From the NCBI GenBank assembly GCA_963769975.1, contig CAVYNS010000008.1, positions 31,686 to 95,685 of the forward strand: a stretch of 64,000 nucleotides of DNA, given 5' to 3'. Positions 40,048 through 50,770 of the stretch are shown here, piece by piece. The translations under genes were made by a program, and so were the position numbers. The notes beneath the pieces were generated by a model. It worked only from the letters and a program-made list of their open reading frames with translations. It searched no databases and was not told where the DNA came from. This DNA is from an uncultured Chloroflexia bacterium. Its GTDB lineage: Bacteria; Chloroflexota; Dehalococcoidia; GIF9; AB-539-J10. Within the stretch, counting starts at the first letter, position 1, and each line of letters opens with the position of its first letter.

Positions 40048-41172
40048 GTGCCATACAAAGTTCCATTTGTTAATTATCCTGAGCATTACCGGAGGATTTG
40101 GGATGAAGTTCTTGGGGCTATTACAGAGGTATTATCCAGGGGTGACCTGATACTCCGTGACCAATTGAGGCACTTCGAAGAAAATGTTGCTTCGTTCGTC
40201 GGAGTGAAATATGCGGTGGGGCTCAATAGTGGTACAGATGCCCTATACCTGTCTCTCAAGGGTGCTGGGGTAAGTCCCGGCGACGAGGTTATTACCGTTG
40301 CCCATACTTTTGTAGCTACGGTAGCTGTCATTCACCACTGTGGTGCAACGCCGATTCTGGTAGATGTGGATGAGGACTACAATATGAATGTTGGCCAGGT
40401 TGAAAAAGCCATTTCTCCTCGAACTAAAGCAATTATGCCTGTTCACCTCAACGGTCGGCTTTGTAATATGGAAAAATTGATGAATATTGCTACGAAACAC
40501 AATTTAGTTGTGATAGAGGATGCAGCTCAGGCTCTGGGAGCAGGCTTTGATGGTAAGAAAGCTGGCTCTTTTGGCTTGACTGGCTGTTTCAGCTTCTACC
40601 CGGCGAAAGTCCTGGGCACTGCCGGAGACGGGGGGATGCTGGTGACTAATAGTGAAGATGTAGCGGAAAAAGTTCGTCTCCTCAGAGACCACGGGCAGGA
40701 TAGAGCAACAGGGGATATCCTCTTCTACGGCTTCAACAGTCGATTGGATAATCTGCACGCAGCTATCCTTGATGTCAAGCTCAAACATCTGCCCCAGTGG
40801 ATTGAAAGGCGTCGGGAATTAGCTAACATCTATCACCGAGGATTATCAAACCTCACTCATATTAAATTACCTCCGCCTCCAAGTTCTCAGGACCGTTATT
40901 TTGATATCTTCACTAATTATGTAATACGTGCCCGTGAGAGAGATAGACTTGTTGCCTATTTGAAAGAACAGGGCATAGAGGTGTTGATTTCCTGGCCCAA
41001 ACCGATGCATCACCATGATGCATTGAATTTAAGACACTTTAAGCTGCCGATGACGGAGCAGATTTCCAGAGAGGTTGTTTCATTGCCTCTCTTCCCCGAA
41101 TTAAGCAACGAGCAAATAGAATTTGTGATAGATGCTATACGCAAATTCTATAGAAGCACAGGAAGCTCATGA
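40048..41172 (+). CDS. DegT/DnrJ sugar aminotransferase
   Basis: GGAGG RBS + GTG 40048; SGTDAL, EDAAQ, SFYPAKVLG. Confidence 0.88.
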   Translation: MPYKVPFVNYPEHYRRIWDEVLGAITEVLSRGDLILRDQLRHFEENVASFVGVKYAVGLNSGTDALYLSLKGAGVSPGDEVITVAHTFVATVAVIHHCGATPILVDVDEDYNMNVGQVEKAISPRTKAIMPVHLNGRLCNMEKLMNIATKHNLVVIEDAAQALGAGFDGKKAGSFGLTGCFSFYPAKVLGTAGDGGMLVTNSEDVAEKVRLLRDHGQDRATGDILFYGFNSRLDNLHAAILDVKLKHLPQWIERRRELANIYHRGLSNLTHIKLPPPPSSQDRYFDIFTNYVIRARERDRLVAYLKEQGIEVLISWPKPMHHHDALNLRHFKLPMTEQISREVVSLPLFPELSNEQIEFVIDAIRKFYRSTGSS

Positions 41173-41984
41173 GAGAGTGGCTGAAGCGTCTTTTGAAGAA
41201 GCTCCCTCGGCTTTACTCTTTCGTTGAGAAAATATATTCGTTTGGCGCATTGAAGTTCCGCTATCTAGAAGAACGTCTCTTGGGCACTCGACTAGCGGAA
41301 AAAGAGTGGGCTACACGGCATCTCCGCAAAGGTAACGACTGGAACAATGCGCAACACCTCGGTGATAATGACGAGTGGATTAAGGGTTATTGGGATTCGC
41401 GAGACCATAGTCATAGACAATTTCTGCTGGAGCACATAACTAAATTTTCCCCGGTTTCCAGTATCTTGGAAATAGGATGCAATTGCGGGCCTAATTTATA
41501 TCTACTTGCCAGGAGGTTCCCTGATGTAAAAATGGTGGGTATTGATATAAACCCGGCGGCAGTTCAGAAGGGTAACGAGTGGTTTGCCCAGGAGGGGATT
41601 AGGAACGTCAAACTACTGTTGGGTAAAGCAGATGAGCTTGGACAGTTTAAGGATAAGAGTTTTGACATTGTCTTTACAGATGCGGTTCTGATATACATCG
41701 GACCGGACAAAATCAGGAAAGTCATGGAGGGCATGCTCCGTATAGCACGAAAAGCATTGGTTTTTCTTGAGTGGCATTCCTTCGACAGTGTAGCTAACCC
41801 TCGCGGTGTCTATGTAGGGCACTGGATGAGGGACTACACTGCACTTTTGAAGGAATTCGTTCCACAAGAGAATATACACGTTACCAAAATGCCTGAGGAG
41901 TTATGGTCAGACAAATATTGGCAAAAGTATGGTGGTGTAGTCGAGGTTAATTTGGAGAACCGAAGTCGCAGCCTGAGGAGGTAA
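41169..41984 (+). CDS. Class I SAM-dependent methyltransferase
   Basis: ILEIGCNCGPNL, GIDIN, FTDAVLIYI. Confidence 0.85.
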   Translation: MREWLKRLLKKLPRLYSFVEKIYSFGALKFRYLEERLLGTRLAEKEWATRHLRKGNDWNNAQHLGDNDEWIKGYWDSRDHSHRQFLLEHITKFSPVSSILEIGCNCGPNLYLLARRFPDVKMVGIDINPAAVQKGNEWFAQEGIRNVKLLLGKADELGQFKDKSFDIVFTDAVLIYIGPDKIRKVMEGMLRIARKALVFLEWHSFDSVANPRGVYVGHWMRDYTALLKEFVPQENIHVTKMPEELWSDKYWQKYGGVVEVNLENRSRSLRR

Positions 41985-41987
41985 CAC

Positions 41988-43274
41988 ATAAGTAAAAAGG
42001 TTCTGATCATAGCAAATTTGTTCTATGCCTCTCCGCGAATACCGGGTCTGGTTAAATACCTCCCTGAATTTGGGTGGGAGGCTATTGTTGTCACAGTGCC
42101 CATTGGAGAAGACCCCGAGGCTCGCTTTGGACCACCTAACGGTTTTAAGGACAAGTATAGAGTCATAGAAACTGAGGGATACCAACCAGAAAGGGACATA
42201 GGAGAGCAAGCGCTGAAGCGATTCAATTTGGGTTCTAAGAAATCATATCAGTATCTCAGGCCCCTTTTGAGAATCCCCTATAGATTGTATTCAGAAATTT
42301 TTCATTATCCTGACAAAGAGAAAAGGTGGAAGCATCCTGCTATCGAGGCGGGTGAAAGACTTCTAGAGAACGAAAGGGTGGATGCCATAATCAGCAGCTC
42401 ATCTCCCGTAACCTGTCATATCATCGCCAAAGAGCTGAAAAATAAACATAAAATTCCCTGGGTGGCCGATTTGCGAGACCTGTGGACACAAAATCATAAC
42501 TATCCATACAGTTTCTTAAGGAGGATGATCGAAAGACGATTGGAATTGGCAACTTCAAAATATGCTGATGCTTTGGTAGTTGTTTCTTCGCCCGCAGCAG
42601 AACAGCTAAAAAAGTTGCACAAAAGGGAAGACGTATGTGTAATTACCAATGGATTCGACCCAGAAAGACTGAATGAGAAGGAAATGGCATTAACGTCGAA
42701 ATTCACCATCACTTATACAGGGCAGATTTATGCGGGGAAACAGGACCCTTCCAAGCTGCTTATCGCTTTGAGGAATCTAATTGATGACGGAACTGTAGAG
42801 CCAGAAAACGTTGAAGTCGGATTTTACGGCCCTTTAGATGGATTATTGGCAAGGGAAATTGAAGAATATGGGCTATCTCTTGTTGTGAAGCAGTATGGGG
42901 TAGTGCCCAGGCAAGTCGCCTATGAAAAGCAAAGAGAGTCTCAGCTTCTTCTCTTATTGAATTGGGATGATCCTAAGGAGAAGGGCGTCTATACACTGAA
43001 AATCTTCGAATACCTGGCTTCAAAAAGGCCCATACTGGCTATGGGAGGCTTCGGCAGTGACGTGATAGAGGCACTGCTTAAGGAAACTAAAGCAGGGGTT
43101 TATTGTAGTATGGTGGAAGATATCAAAAGTGCTCTAAGGGTTTTCTATTTAGAGTACAAGAATAGCGGAACAGTCACCTACACAGGGGATACGGAGAAGA
43201 TTAACAAATATAGCTATCGGGAGATGGCAAAACAGTTCGTCGCAGTTCTTGATAAATCGCTTTCTGCCAAATGA
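41988..43274 (+). CDS. Glycosyltransferase (GT-B/GT4-like); apparent ATA start
   Basis: GAGGAGG RBS 6 nt before an in-frame ATA, giving (M)SKKVLIIA; DLRDLW, NGFD, KIFEYL. Confidence 0.82.
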   Translation: MSKKVLIIANLFYASPRIPGLVKYLPEFGWEAIVVTVPIGEDPEARFGPPNGFKDKYRVIETEGYQPERDIGEQALKRFNLGSKKSYQYLRPLLRIPYRLYSEIFHYPDKEKRWKHPAIEAGERLLENERVDAIISSSSPVTCHIIAKELKNKHKIPWVADLRDLWTQNHNYPYSFLRRMIERRLELATSKYADALVVVSSPAAEQLKKLHKREDVCVITNGFDPERLNEKEMALTSKFTITYTGQIYAGKQDPSKLLIALRNLIDDGTVEPENVEVGFYGPLDGLLAREIEEYGLSLVVKQYGVVPRQVAYEKQRESQLLLLLNWDDPKEKGVYTLKIFEYLASKRPILAMGGFGSDVIEALLKETKAGVYCSMVEDIKSALRVFYLEYKNSGTVTYTGDTEKINKYSYREMAKQFVAVLDKSLSAK

Positions 43275-43304
43275 CAGCTCTAGTGGCAAGGAGCTATCAG
43301 AACA

Positions 43305-44417
43305 TTAACCCCCTATTTCATGGTACAAACTCAGCAGGCGTTGCTCCATAACCTGCCAACTGTATTCCCGTTCGTACACCTTCCTCCCATTAGCTCCTAG
43401 TAGATTGCACAATGCGGGATTCTGTTTGAGCTTCGCTATGGCTTGTTTTATCTCCTCAGTACTCTGGCAGTCAACCGCCAGACCGCAGTTCTCTCTATCC
43501 ACCAGCTCAGCCATGGCAGTGCTTTTGCTTACGAGGATGGGTTTACCGCACATCATAGCTTCAAATAATTTCGTAGGATAAGCCCACCTGTGTACGTAGA
43601 CACTCGGATCGTATAACGCAACCAGAAGGTTAGCTTCGGCAGTTCTAGCCAAGACTTGACTGTAGCTGATTTTGCCCAAAAACTGCACTTTATCCTTTGC
43701 TTCACCGGCCCAGGCGGTGATTTGGTCGGCTTCGTCGCCATACCCGGCTACGACCAGCCTGACTTTATCTATGCTTTGGATAGCTTGAAAAACTTTGTCT
43801 AAATTTGACTTACGGCTCCTGAAAAGCGCGCCGGCATAGAATATGGTAAATATGTCCTTGTCCTTCGCAGCAACTTGCGGTTCGCCACAAAGGTCAGGAG
43901 GGGAGTTGAGAATTACAACTACATTCTTGTTTGGGATTCCGTGTAGCTCCTTCACTGCCCCTTCGCTGACTAGCACCATTCCATCAGCGCAACGGATAAA
44001 GAGCTTATCAACAAAGATACATATTGAAGCAAACCACCCGGGAAGTTTCACCAATTTGTAATAAATATCAGCTATTTCGTAAATAACCTTCTTCCTCTTT
44101 ATTTTGGCAGCAACCACTGCGGGCATAATGGTATCGAAATCCATAGCCTGGACCACGTCCCACTTATGCCGTATCAGCCACAGGAATTCGAGCATCCACC
44201 AGATAGGCAAAAAGGCGAGAACTTTAGGGCCAAAAGGTGCTCTAAATCTAATCCGACGCGCTTCGTAGTGTTCTTCGCGCGATACTCCGGGGTACTTGCA
44301 CTCTCTGTCCCAACCTAACAGAATGACATTGTGACCATGGGAAGACAAGACCTGCGCGGTCTTGGGGCCTCTGGGGCTGACTGTTTCCAAGGCAGCTCTT
44401 ACTATCACTACCCTCAT
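43305..44417 (-). CDS. Glycosyltransferase family 4
   Basis: PTKLFEAMMCGKPI; GT-B pattern. Confidence 0.88.
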   Translation of the reverse strand: MRVVIVRAALETVSPRGPKTAQVLSSHGHNVILLGWDRECKYPGVSREEHYEARRIRFRAPFGPKVLAFLPIWWMLEFLWLIRHKWDVVQAMDFDTIMPAVVAAKIKRKKVIYEIADIYYKLVKLPGWFASICIFVDKLFIRCADGMVLVSEGAVKELHGIPNKNVVVILNSPPDLCGEPQVAAKDKDIFTIFYAGALFRSRKSNLDKVFQAIQSIDKVRLVVAGYGDEADQITAWAGEAKDKVQFLGKISYSQVLARTAEANLLVALYDPSVYVHRWAYPTKLFEAMMCGKPILVSKSTAMAELVDRENCGLAVDCQSTEEIKQAIAKLKQNPALCNLLGANGRKVYEREYSWQVMEQRLLSLYHEIGG

Positions 44418-45589
44418 ATATGTTGATGCCCTTCCAATCCTTGTAAGAGGTTGATGAGCTGTTTAGCCCTGTGTTGGGCAGTATGTTCCTTAAGGACTTT
44501 GCTTCGAGCTGCCTCCCCGATTGTTCGCCGTAATTCGTCTGATGATAAGAGCATTTTGTATGTTTCTATAGCTTCCTCGGCATTATGCACCATAAACATC
44601 TCTTTCCCGACTTCAAACCACTCTTCGAGGCCATTATACGGGTCAGAAACCACACAGCAGCCTAATGAGGCCAGTTCGAAAGGACGCGCACTGGATGTGC
44701 CATACATCTGAGCGTCGATTTCCTTGGTTATATTGAGGTTTATTTTGCTCCGGCAGCAATAACCTCTCCAGGCGCTGATAGTGAGTGTGCCGCAGGTCTT
44801 GGCTCGGCCCAGTCCTACTTCATGCTCCCTGCCACCTACCAGAAAATATACGTCAGGAAGGGCTTCAGATGGCTGGGTAATCATAAAGTCCATGCGTCTC
44901 TCTTTTGTTTTCCCCCGATGACCATAATAGAAAATGTCTATATCCTGCTCAACTTGAATCGGAGAGTATAGCTCTGGGTCTACGCCATAATAAAGAACGT
45001 CAACATTTCTGGCTCCCATCTCCTTTAGTATAGGAATAGCGCCCTTGGAGCTGCTGAGGAAGATATCGTATTCAGCAAGGTCAGCGCCGGGATATTGGCT
45101 AAACTTGAAGCTCTCGGTGTCTGCGTAGTCAGGCAAACTTGTGGGCAGGTCGCCATCATAGTAGATAATGGGCAGTTCGGCGTTTGTTTTAATCTTTGTA
45201 GGTATGCCTGCCATATGATTTAAAGGTGCATTTAAAAATAGGACAGCATCCACATCTCCTTCCTGGTCCAGCACTTTAAGTAGATGCCTTTCCCATTTCG
45301 GCCGAATATATTTCTTAACCAGAGCTAGACTCAGATTAGAAAAATGCCCCTGGCTACCAACCGCTCTCACCCTTGTCCGGTCAAGGAAAGAATTGAATAG
45401 GATGCTCTCTCGAGCGCAGGGATTGGGATAAGTGCGCCACCACAGCGAGTTTACAGAATAGCCAAGATAGGGAATAACAATTAGCTCATTGCCTATTTCG
45501 TGCAGAGCCTTGAATAGCTGCCACCAAAATGGGGTGGCTCCCATACCGTATTTGAGGTCAATAGTGCTGCAGACTATAAGTAGTTTCAA
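44414..45589 (-). CDS. Glycosyltransferase (CgeB-like GT-B)
   Basis: SKINLNI, RPFELASLG, EHTAQHRA. Confidence 0.8.
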   Translation of the reverse strand: MKLLIVCSTIDLKYGMGATPFWWQLFKALHEIGNELIVIPYLGYSVNSLWWRTYPNPCARESILFNSFLDRTRVRAVGSQGHFSNLSLALVKKYIRPKWERHLLKVLDQEGDVDAVLFLNAPLNHMAGIPTKIKTNAELPIIYYDGDLPTSLPDYADTESFKFSQYPGADLAEYDIFLSSSKGAIPILKEMGARNVDVLYYGVDPELYSPIQVEQDIDIFYYGHRGKTKERRMDFMITQPSEALPDVYFLVGGREHEVGLGRAKTCGTLTISAWRGYCCRSKINLNITKEIDAQMYGTSSARPFELASLGCCVVSDPYNGLEEWFEVGKEMFMVHNAEEAIETYKMLLSSDELRRTIGEAARSKVLKEHTAQHRAKQLINLLQGLEGHQHI

Positions 45590-45640
45590 GTTTGTTTCAA
45601 CCCTTATGAGAAAGTTACTGTAGTTCTCACACTAACAAAT

Positions 45641-46744
45641 TCAACCTTGCGCGCTCAAGAAAAAAGTCTTTATCTCACTACATACTCTTTCGACATCATC
45701 ATTTGTGAGGAAGGACGAAGACGGCAGCCATAAACCTCTTTGAGATATTGACGCCGAGACCTTGAAATCACCTCTAACATGAGAATATGGAGGCTGTGTA
45801 TGGATTGCCGGATAGAAAGGCCGTGTACCTATTCCTTTGTTCTCTAGGAATTTGGCCAGGTTGTCTCTAACTCCATCTCCATTAACAAGGATGTCAATGA
45901 ACCAGGGTGCGCAATCCTGCAAATCCGTAGCTATAAATTCCACCTCTCTTACATCCTGCAGCGAGTCATGGTAAAGCTTGTATATTTCCTTTTTTCTTTT
46001 CACTCTCCAGTCGAGCTTTTTCATTTGCTCAACCCCGATGACTGCCTGAAGATCGGTAAATTTGGAGTTGAGCCCCATAATCTCATGGTAATCCACCCCG
46101 GCTTTGGGTCGTCCGAAATCCTTTATCATGGCCATTCGGCGGTAAAGTTCCTCATCGTCGGTAACCAAGGCGCCGCCTTGGCCAGTAGTTATGATTTTAG
46201 GGAAACTGAAGGAGAAACTGCCAACCATGCCAAAGGTTCCCAGATGTTTTCCTTGGAACCTGGAGCCCAGGGACTGGGCGGCATCTTCGATCAGAAACAA
46301 ATTGTGTTTGCGCGCAAGCGCTGTGACCTTATGCATATCAGGGCAGCGCCCATTGATGCTCACAAACATCATTGCCTTGGTTTTGTTATTAATTGCCTCC
46401 TCAGCCAAGTCCAGGTCTAGGCACAGATTTGAGGGATCAATATCTACAAAGACAGGCTTGGCACCAGCCAAGACAATAGCGTTAGCCGAAGCTATCATCG
46501 TGTAGTCAGGAACAATAACCTCGCCTTTGTTCTTGATCCCGAGGGCCATAAGTGCAATGAGTAAAGTGATCGTGCCATTATTCACCACTGATGCATATTT
46601 ACTGCCGACATAGTCGGCTATCATTTGCTCAAATTCTCTTGTTTTCTTGAATTCGGTCAGCCATCCGCCGGCATCCAAATATTCCGCTACTGCCCTTTTT
46701 TCTTCCTCACCTATCCAGGGCTCAATCTGGTTAATCCTTTTCAT
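45641..46744 (-). CDS. DegT-family aminotransferase (perosamine synthase-like)
   Basis: EDAAQ, SFSFPKIITTGQGG (catalytic Lys retained); in an operon with gmd. Confidence 0.85.
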   Translation of the reverse strand: MKRINQIEPWIGEEEKRAVAEYLDAGGWLTEFKKTREFEQMIADYVGSKYASVVNNGTITLLIALMALGIKNKGEVIVPDYTMIASANAIVLAGAKPVFVDIDPSNLCLDLDLAEEAINNKTKAMMFVSINGRCPDMHKVTALARKHNLFLIEDAAQSLGSRFQGKHLGTFGMVGSFSFSFPKIITTGQGGALVTDDEELYRRMAMIKDFGRPKAGVDYHEIMGLNSKFTDLQAVIGVEQMKKLDWRVKRKKEIYKLYHDSLQDVREVEFIATDLQDCAPWFIDILVNGDGVRDNLAKFLENKGIGTRPFYPAIHTQPPYSHVRGDFKVSASISQRGLWLPSSSFLTNDDVERVCSEIKTFFLSAQG

Positions 46745-46890
46745 GGGTTCTCCGCCTTTGCATTAAAGCTTATCAGTAACACCTTTTCATTGTCCATATG
46801 AGGAATATATGCCTGAGAGAAATCCTCGTGGTCCTTGCGGATAAATCCAAGGGATATACCTTTTCCCACAGCCCAGATGTAGTTTATCCC
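46741..46890 (-). pseudogene. Internally deleted SAM methyltransferase
   Basis: An alternate frame gives LHLGCGKRYIP (motif I), joined directly to a C-terminal-like DFSQAYIPHMD...LLIS segment. Confidence 0.65.
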
Positions 46891-46900
46891 GCCCTTAGAC

Positions 46901-47305
46901 CTAGATTCTTTCCCTGTCTTTTTCCGCTCCGACATAGGGGCCGTTCTTGACCTCTAAGACCCTCGTATTATCCTCTAATATTTGATAGCCGTGTCCACCA
47001 TGAAGAAGAATCATAGTGTCGCCCCTGCCAAGTTCGATTGTTCTCAGGAGCTTCTTTTCCTGGGAGTAGACATCGGCTCTGACACGGCCTTCCTTAACAA
47101 AAATCACCTCTTGAGTATGCAGAACCTCTCGAGGTGCCACCAAGTGGATATGGGGCGGCAATTTCTGACCCTTGTTGTATCCCCAAATCCCAACCTGTTG
47201 ATAGTCTTCATTCGAGGATACAAAGTTCAGCCCTTCTTCCCAGTCAGCGCCTCTGATTACAATTGCCAGGGTCGTATTGCCATCAACTATTTTTTCAGTT
47301 TTCAC
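46901..47305 (-). CDS. Cupin-fold protein (sugar isomerase-like)
   Basis: PHIH...QEV...GDTMILLHGGHG...EVKNGPY. Confidence 0.75.
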   Translation of the reverse strand: MKTEKIVDGNTTLAIVIRGADWEEGLNFVSSNEDYQQVGIWGYNKGQKLPPHIHLVAPREVLHTQEVIFVKEGRVRADVYSQEKKLLRTIELGRGDTMILLHGGHGYQILEDNTRVLEVKNGPYVGAEKDRERI

Positions 47306-47314
47306 TATTATGCC

Positions 47315-48253
47315 CTACTTGATATTATTCATATACCATTCCACAGTTTGCTCAATCCCGTTTCTTAAGCTCGTGGGGGGCACCCAATTGAATAGTGCTT
47401 TTAACTTGCTGTTGTCCATCGTCTTATGTGGGGCTCCGTCAGGTTTTGATCCGTCCAGGACTATTTTCCCCGTGTATCCCACTATATCTCTTATTAGTTC
47501 TGCAAGCTCAAGAATAGAAATACCTTTGCCCACTCCCACATTAATTGGGTCTAAAATCGGTCTCGTTTCCAGAGCCTTTACTAAAATTTCAGCCCCATCA
47601 TCCACAAATAGCCACTCCCTCACCGGTTTACCACTACCCCAAACAGTAACATTGGGAAGATTTTTTCTTTTCGCCTCCACGAACTTCATTATTAGTGCGC
47701 CAAGAGCATGAGAGCGCTTCTCCTCGAAATGGTCACCAGGGCCATACATGTTTGGCAGGATAAGATTGACAGTCTCAAAACCATATTGTTTATGATACGC
47801 CCAACTCTGCACCCAACTGGCTTTCCTCACAAATCCGTAGACCAGTACGGATTCATCAAGTTGTCCATCCCACCATTCCTCTTCTTTGAAATCCTTTATC
47901 AGGTGACCGGGATAGGAGCAGTTGGAAATCGGATTGATGAATCTTTTTACACCAGTTAATCTCGCGCTCTCCATCAAATTTGTTGACATCAAGGTATTGT
48001 TGTAGAAGATCTCGCCAGGTTTCTCGTAGCCGAATTGGATTCCTCCTACGAAGGCTGCGCAGTTGATGAGGGCATCGAATCTTTCTTGCTCAAACAATTC
48101 CCGCGTTTGTTTAACATCGCGAAAGTCATAGCCGTTTCTCAGAGAAAGGGAAACACAACCTATGCCTTTTTCTTCCAGCTTGTTGACAACCCTTTTGCCC
48201 AGGAATCCATTACCGCCAGGAACAAATACTTTGCTGAACGGCATATCAATCAC
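47315..48253 (-). CDS. fcl: GDP-L-fucose synthase-like epimerase/reductase
   Basis: [36 protein letters not shown]. Confidence 0.8.
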   Translation of the reverse strand: MIDMPFSKVFVPGGNGFLGKRVVNKLEEKGIGCVSLSLRNGYDFRDVKQTRELFEQERFDALINCAAFVGGIQFGYEKPGEIFYNNTLMSTNLMESARLTGVKRFINPISNCSYPGHLIKDFKEEEWWDGQLDESVLVYGFVRKASWVQSWAYHKQYGFETVNLILPNMYGPGDHFEEKRSHALGALIMKFVEAKRKNLPNVTVWGSGKPVREWLFVDDGAEILVKALETRPILDPINVGVGKGISILELAELIRDIVGYTGKIVLDGSKPDGAPHKTMDNSKLKALFNWVPPTSLRNGIEQTVEWYMNNIK

Positions 48254-49295
48254 GCCCCCACCATTTATCGGGGAATTTCTGCTTTAGGATTTTGTCTCCT
48301 TCACCGATAGGTTGTAAGCCCACAGCGCGCATATCTGCATCCACCATAATCTTGACAAGTTCCTTGAACCTAATTTTCGGGTCCCATCCCAGGACTTTTC
48401 TAGCTTTAGTAGAGTCAGCAATTAGCTCATCAACCTCCGTCAGCCTAAAGTATTTGGGGTCTATCTTGACATATTTTTGCCAATCAAGTCCCACATAGGA
48501 AAAAGCTTCCTCAATAAGTTCTTTCACAGTGTGGGATTCCCCCGTGCCCATGACAAGGTCCTCGGGCTGTGGAGTCTGAAGCATCTTCCATATGAATTCG
48601 ACGTATTCTGGAGCGTAACCCCAGTCTCTTATTGCTTCCAAATTGCCCATATATAGATAATCCTGCTTTTTGGCGAGGATGTGAGCGATGCCTCTACTGA
48701 CCTTCCTAGTTACGAAACTCTCGCCTCGCCTTGGAGATTCATGATTGAATAGTATCCCGTTGCAAGCAAACAGGTTGTATGCTTCTCTGTAATTCTTGAC
48801 TATCCAATGTGCATACAGCTTCGCGACAGCATAGGGACTTCTTGGGTAGAATAATGTAGTCTCATTTTGAGGAGCCTTAGCTTGGCCAAACAGTTCTGAC
48901 GTTGATGCTTGGTAAAACTTCGTTCTTAACCCGATTTCCTTAATTCCATCCAGTATTCTCAAAACACCGACAGCATCCACTTCAGCGGTATATTCCGGGA
49001 CCTCAAAAGAAACTTGAACGTGGCTCTGGGCAGCTAAGTTGTAGATCTCATCAGGCTGTATTTGCTCTAGCAACCTATTCAGATTTGATGAGTCTATCAT
49101 GTCTCCATAACGTAGAAAGATCCCGATATCCTTCTCACGTTGACCATCGAAGAGTAAATGGTCAAGACGAACGGTATTGAAAGTGCTGGCCCTTCTAAGG
49201 ATTCCGTAGACTTCGTATCCTTTAGCTAATAAGAATTCGGCTAAGTATGAGCCATCTTGGCCCGTTATTCCACTAATCAAGGCTTTACGTTTCAC
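48246..49295 (-). CDS. gmd: GDP-mannose 4,6-dehydratase
   Basis: [35 protein letters not shown]. Confidence 0.95.
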   Translation of the reverse strand: MKRKALISGITGQDGSYLAEFLLAKGYEVYGILRRASTFNTVRLDHLLFDGQREKDIGIFLRYGDMIDSSNLNRLLEQIQPDEIYNLAAQSHVQVSFEVPEYTAEVDAVGVLRILDGIKEIGLRTKFYQASTSELFGQAKAPQNETTLFYPRSPYAVAKLYAHWIVKNYREAYNLFACNGILFNHESPRRGESFVTRKVSRGIAHILAKKQDYLYMGNLEAIRDWGYAPEYVEFIWKMLQTPQPEDLVMGTGESHTVKELIEEAFSYVGLDWQKYVKIDPKYFRLTEVDELIADSTKARKVLGWDPKIRFKELVKIMVDADMRAVGLQPIGEGDKILKQKFPDKWWGRD

Positions 49296-49629
49296 TTTGT
49301 ACTCCTCAGATACCTATTTACGCAACATTAACCCGGCCATGGCGCTACTCTCCTTGATGATTTAATCAAAAGCAGTTTTTCCTTCTAATTCGCAAGTCCC
49401 GCTTTGAGGCATTGATTGACATAGTTGTAGACGAGCTAACTGAACCTTATTCGTATATTCATATTGCGCCATTACGTCCAACATCAATCTTAACATTGCC
49501 TCTTTTGGTTATGCAATATAGCGCAGGGCAGTCAGTTTGACAAACCATCGTTCTTGTTCGTTACTGTCAGCTGCTAGTCCATGGAAATCCCAGATAACCA
49601 TCAGGCTAGCATACCACTACAAAACTAAG

Positions 49630-49745
49630 TTGCTTCGGCGAGTTACCTTGCTTGTGCCGAGACGCCTTGCAATGACGGAAGAGAGAGGTGCCTCACAATG
49701 ATGGAAAGGGAAGCAGATCACAACGGCAGAGAAGAACACAACGCC
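49630..49745. repeat. Degenerate partial/tandem copies of the 26105 palindromic element
   Basis: TTGCTTCG...CCTTGCAATGACGGAAGAG, CCTCACAATGATGGAAAG, TCACAACGGCAGAG. Confidence 0.55.
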
Positions 49746-49831
49746 ACGTTTATTTTCGCTGACTTTGACACTTAGAGCTAATAGTGTCCTAAATGGTGTT
49801 ATTGGTTCTGGTATGCTGATTTATGCCTTGG

Positions 49832-50728
49832 TTATTTTCGACTGCCTAAGGCGTTCAGAATTATGCCAGTGAAGATGCTCAACATACCAGCGATAATGAA
49901 CAAAGTGGTCAGTACAGTGCTGCCCATGGCTACCTCGCCTGTTGCGGTAGCTATATGAAGCACCCTGAAGCCGATGATGAGACCAACCGCCAGCAAGATG
50001 CCACCTGCCAGTCCGAAGAAGAACAGTGGTCTCCTCTGTGAAATCATGACTATTATCCGGCTGAGAACGTCTATGCCATGTCTTATCGGGTTGAGGGTTG
50101 AGCCATCCATGGTGTATATGTTTGATATGGGCACCTCGGTTATCTTGAGGTTTTTAGCGGCAGCGCAGGTTACCGTTTCTGCTGATATGGCCATCCCAGT
50201 TTCCTTTAGCTCCAGTTCTGATATAGCCTTCCTGGAAAAGGCCCTGAAGCCGCATTCGGAATCAGAAATATTGGTTTTTGAAGCGAGACGTGTTGAGCGG
50301 AAAATTACTTCTTTTCCGATGCGACGGTAACGGGGCGTCTTATCTTTCTGAGCCTCCCTGGAGCCGATGACAAGGTCAAAACCCTCCAAAACGGGTTTGA
50401 TGAGAATGGGAATCTCGTTGGGATTGTGTTGGGCATCAGCATCGAGGAGGACGAGGACATCAGGGTTTCTCTTTCTGGCCTCTGCCAGTATACTCTGAAT
50501 GGCTGCTCCATAACCTTTGTTTTCGCTGTGTCGGATTACAGTGGCGCCGGCAAGCTCGGCAACCTTGGCGGTGTTATCGCTACTGCCATCGTCAACGACA
50601 ATGACCTCGTTCACATATTGCCTTGCCTGGAGGACTATGCTTCCGACATATCTTGCTTCATTGTAGGCTGGTATACCGGCTAAGACTCTCACTTTAGTTT
50701 GTTGAGTTTCTTGAGTCATATTACACAA
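49832..50728 (-). CDS. GT2 polyprenol-phosphate glycosyltransferase (DPM1/AglJ-like) with two C-terminal TMs
   Basis: IPAYNE, VDDGSSD, LDADAQH, GSR, DSECGFRA. Confidence 0.88.
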   Translation of the reverse strand: MCNMTQETQQTKVRVLAGIPAYNEARYVGSIVLQARQYVNEVIVVDDGSSDNTAKVAELAGATVIRHSENKGYGAAIQSILAEARKRNPDVLVLLDADAQHNPNEIPILIKPVLEGFDLVIGSREAQKDKTPRYRRIGKEVIFRSTRLASKTNISDSECGFRAFSRKAISELELKETGMAISAETVTCAAAKNLKITEVPISNIYTMDGSTLNPIRHGIDVLSRIIVMISQRRPLFFFGLAGGILLAVGLIIGFRVLHIATATGEVAMGSTVLTTLFIIAGMLSIFTGIILNALGSRK

Positions 50729-50770
50729 ACCAACTTCGCAAGCTCTGCGAACTCCATAAACTCTCTGAGT

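Noticed and set aside
45641-48253. Colitose pathway (ColD + ColC)
   Set aside because: The DegT-family enzyme keeps the catalytic Lys (SFPK), whereas ColD has His; an aminotransferase is more likely.
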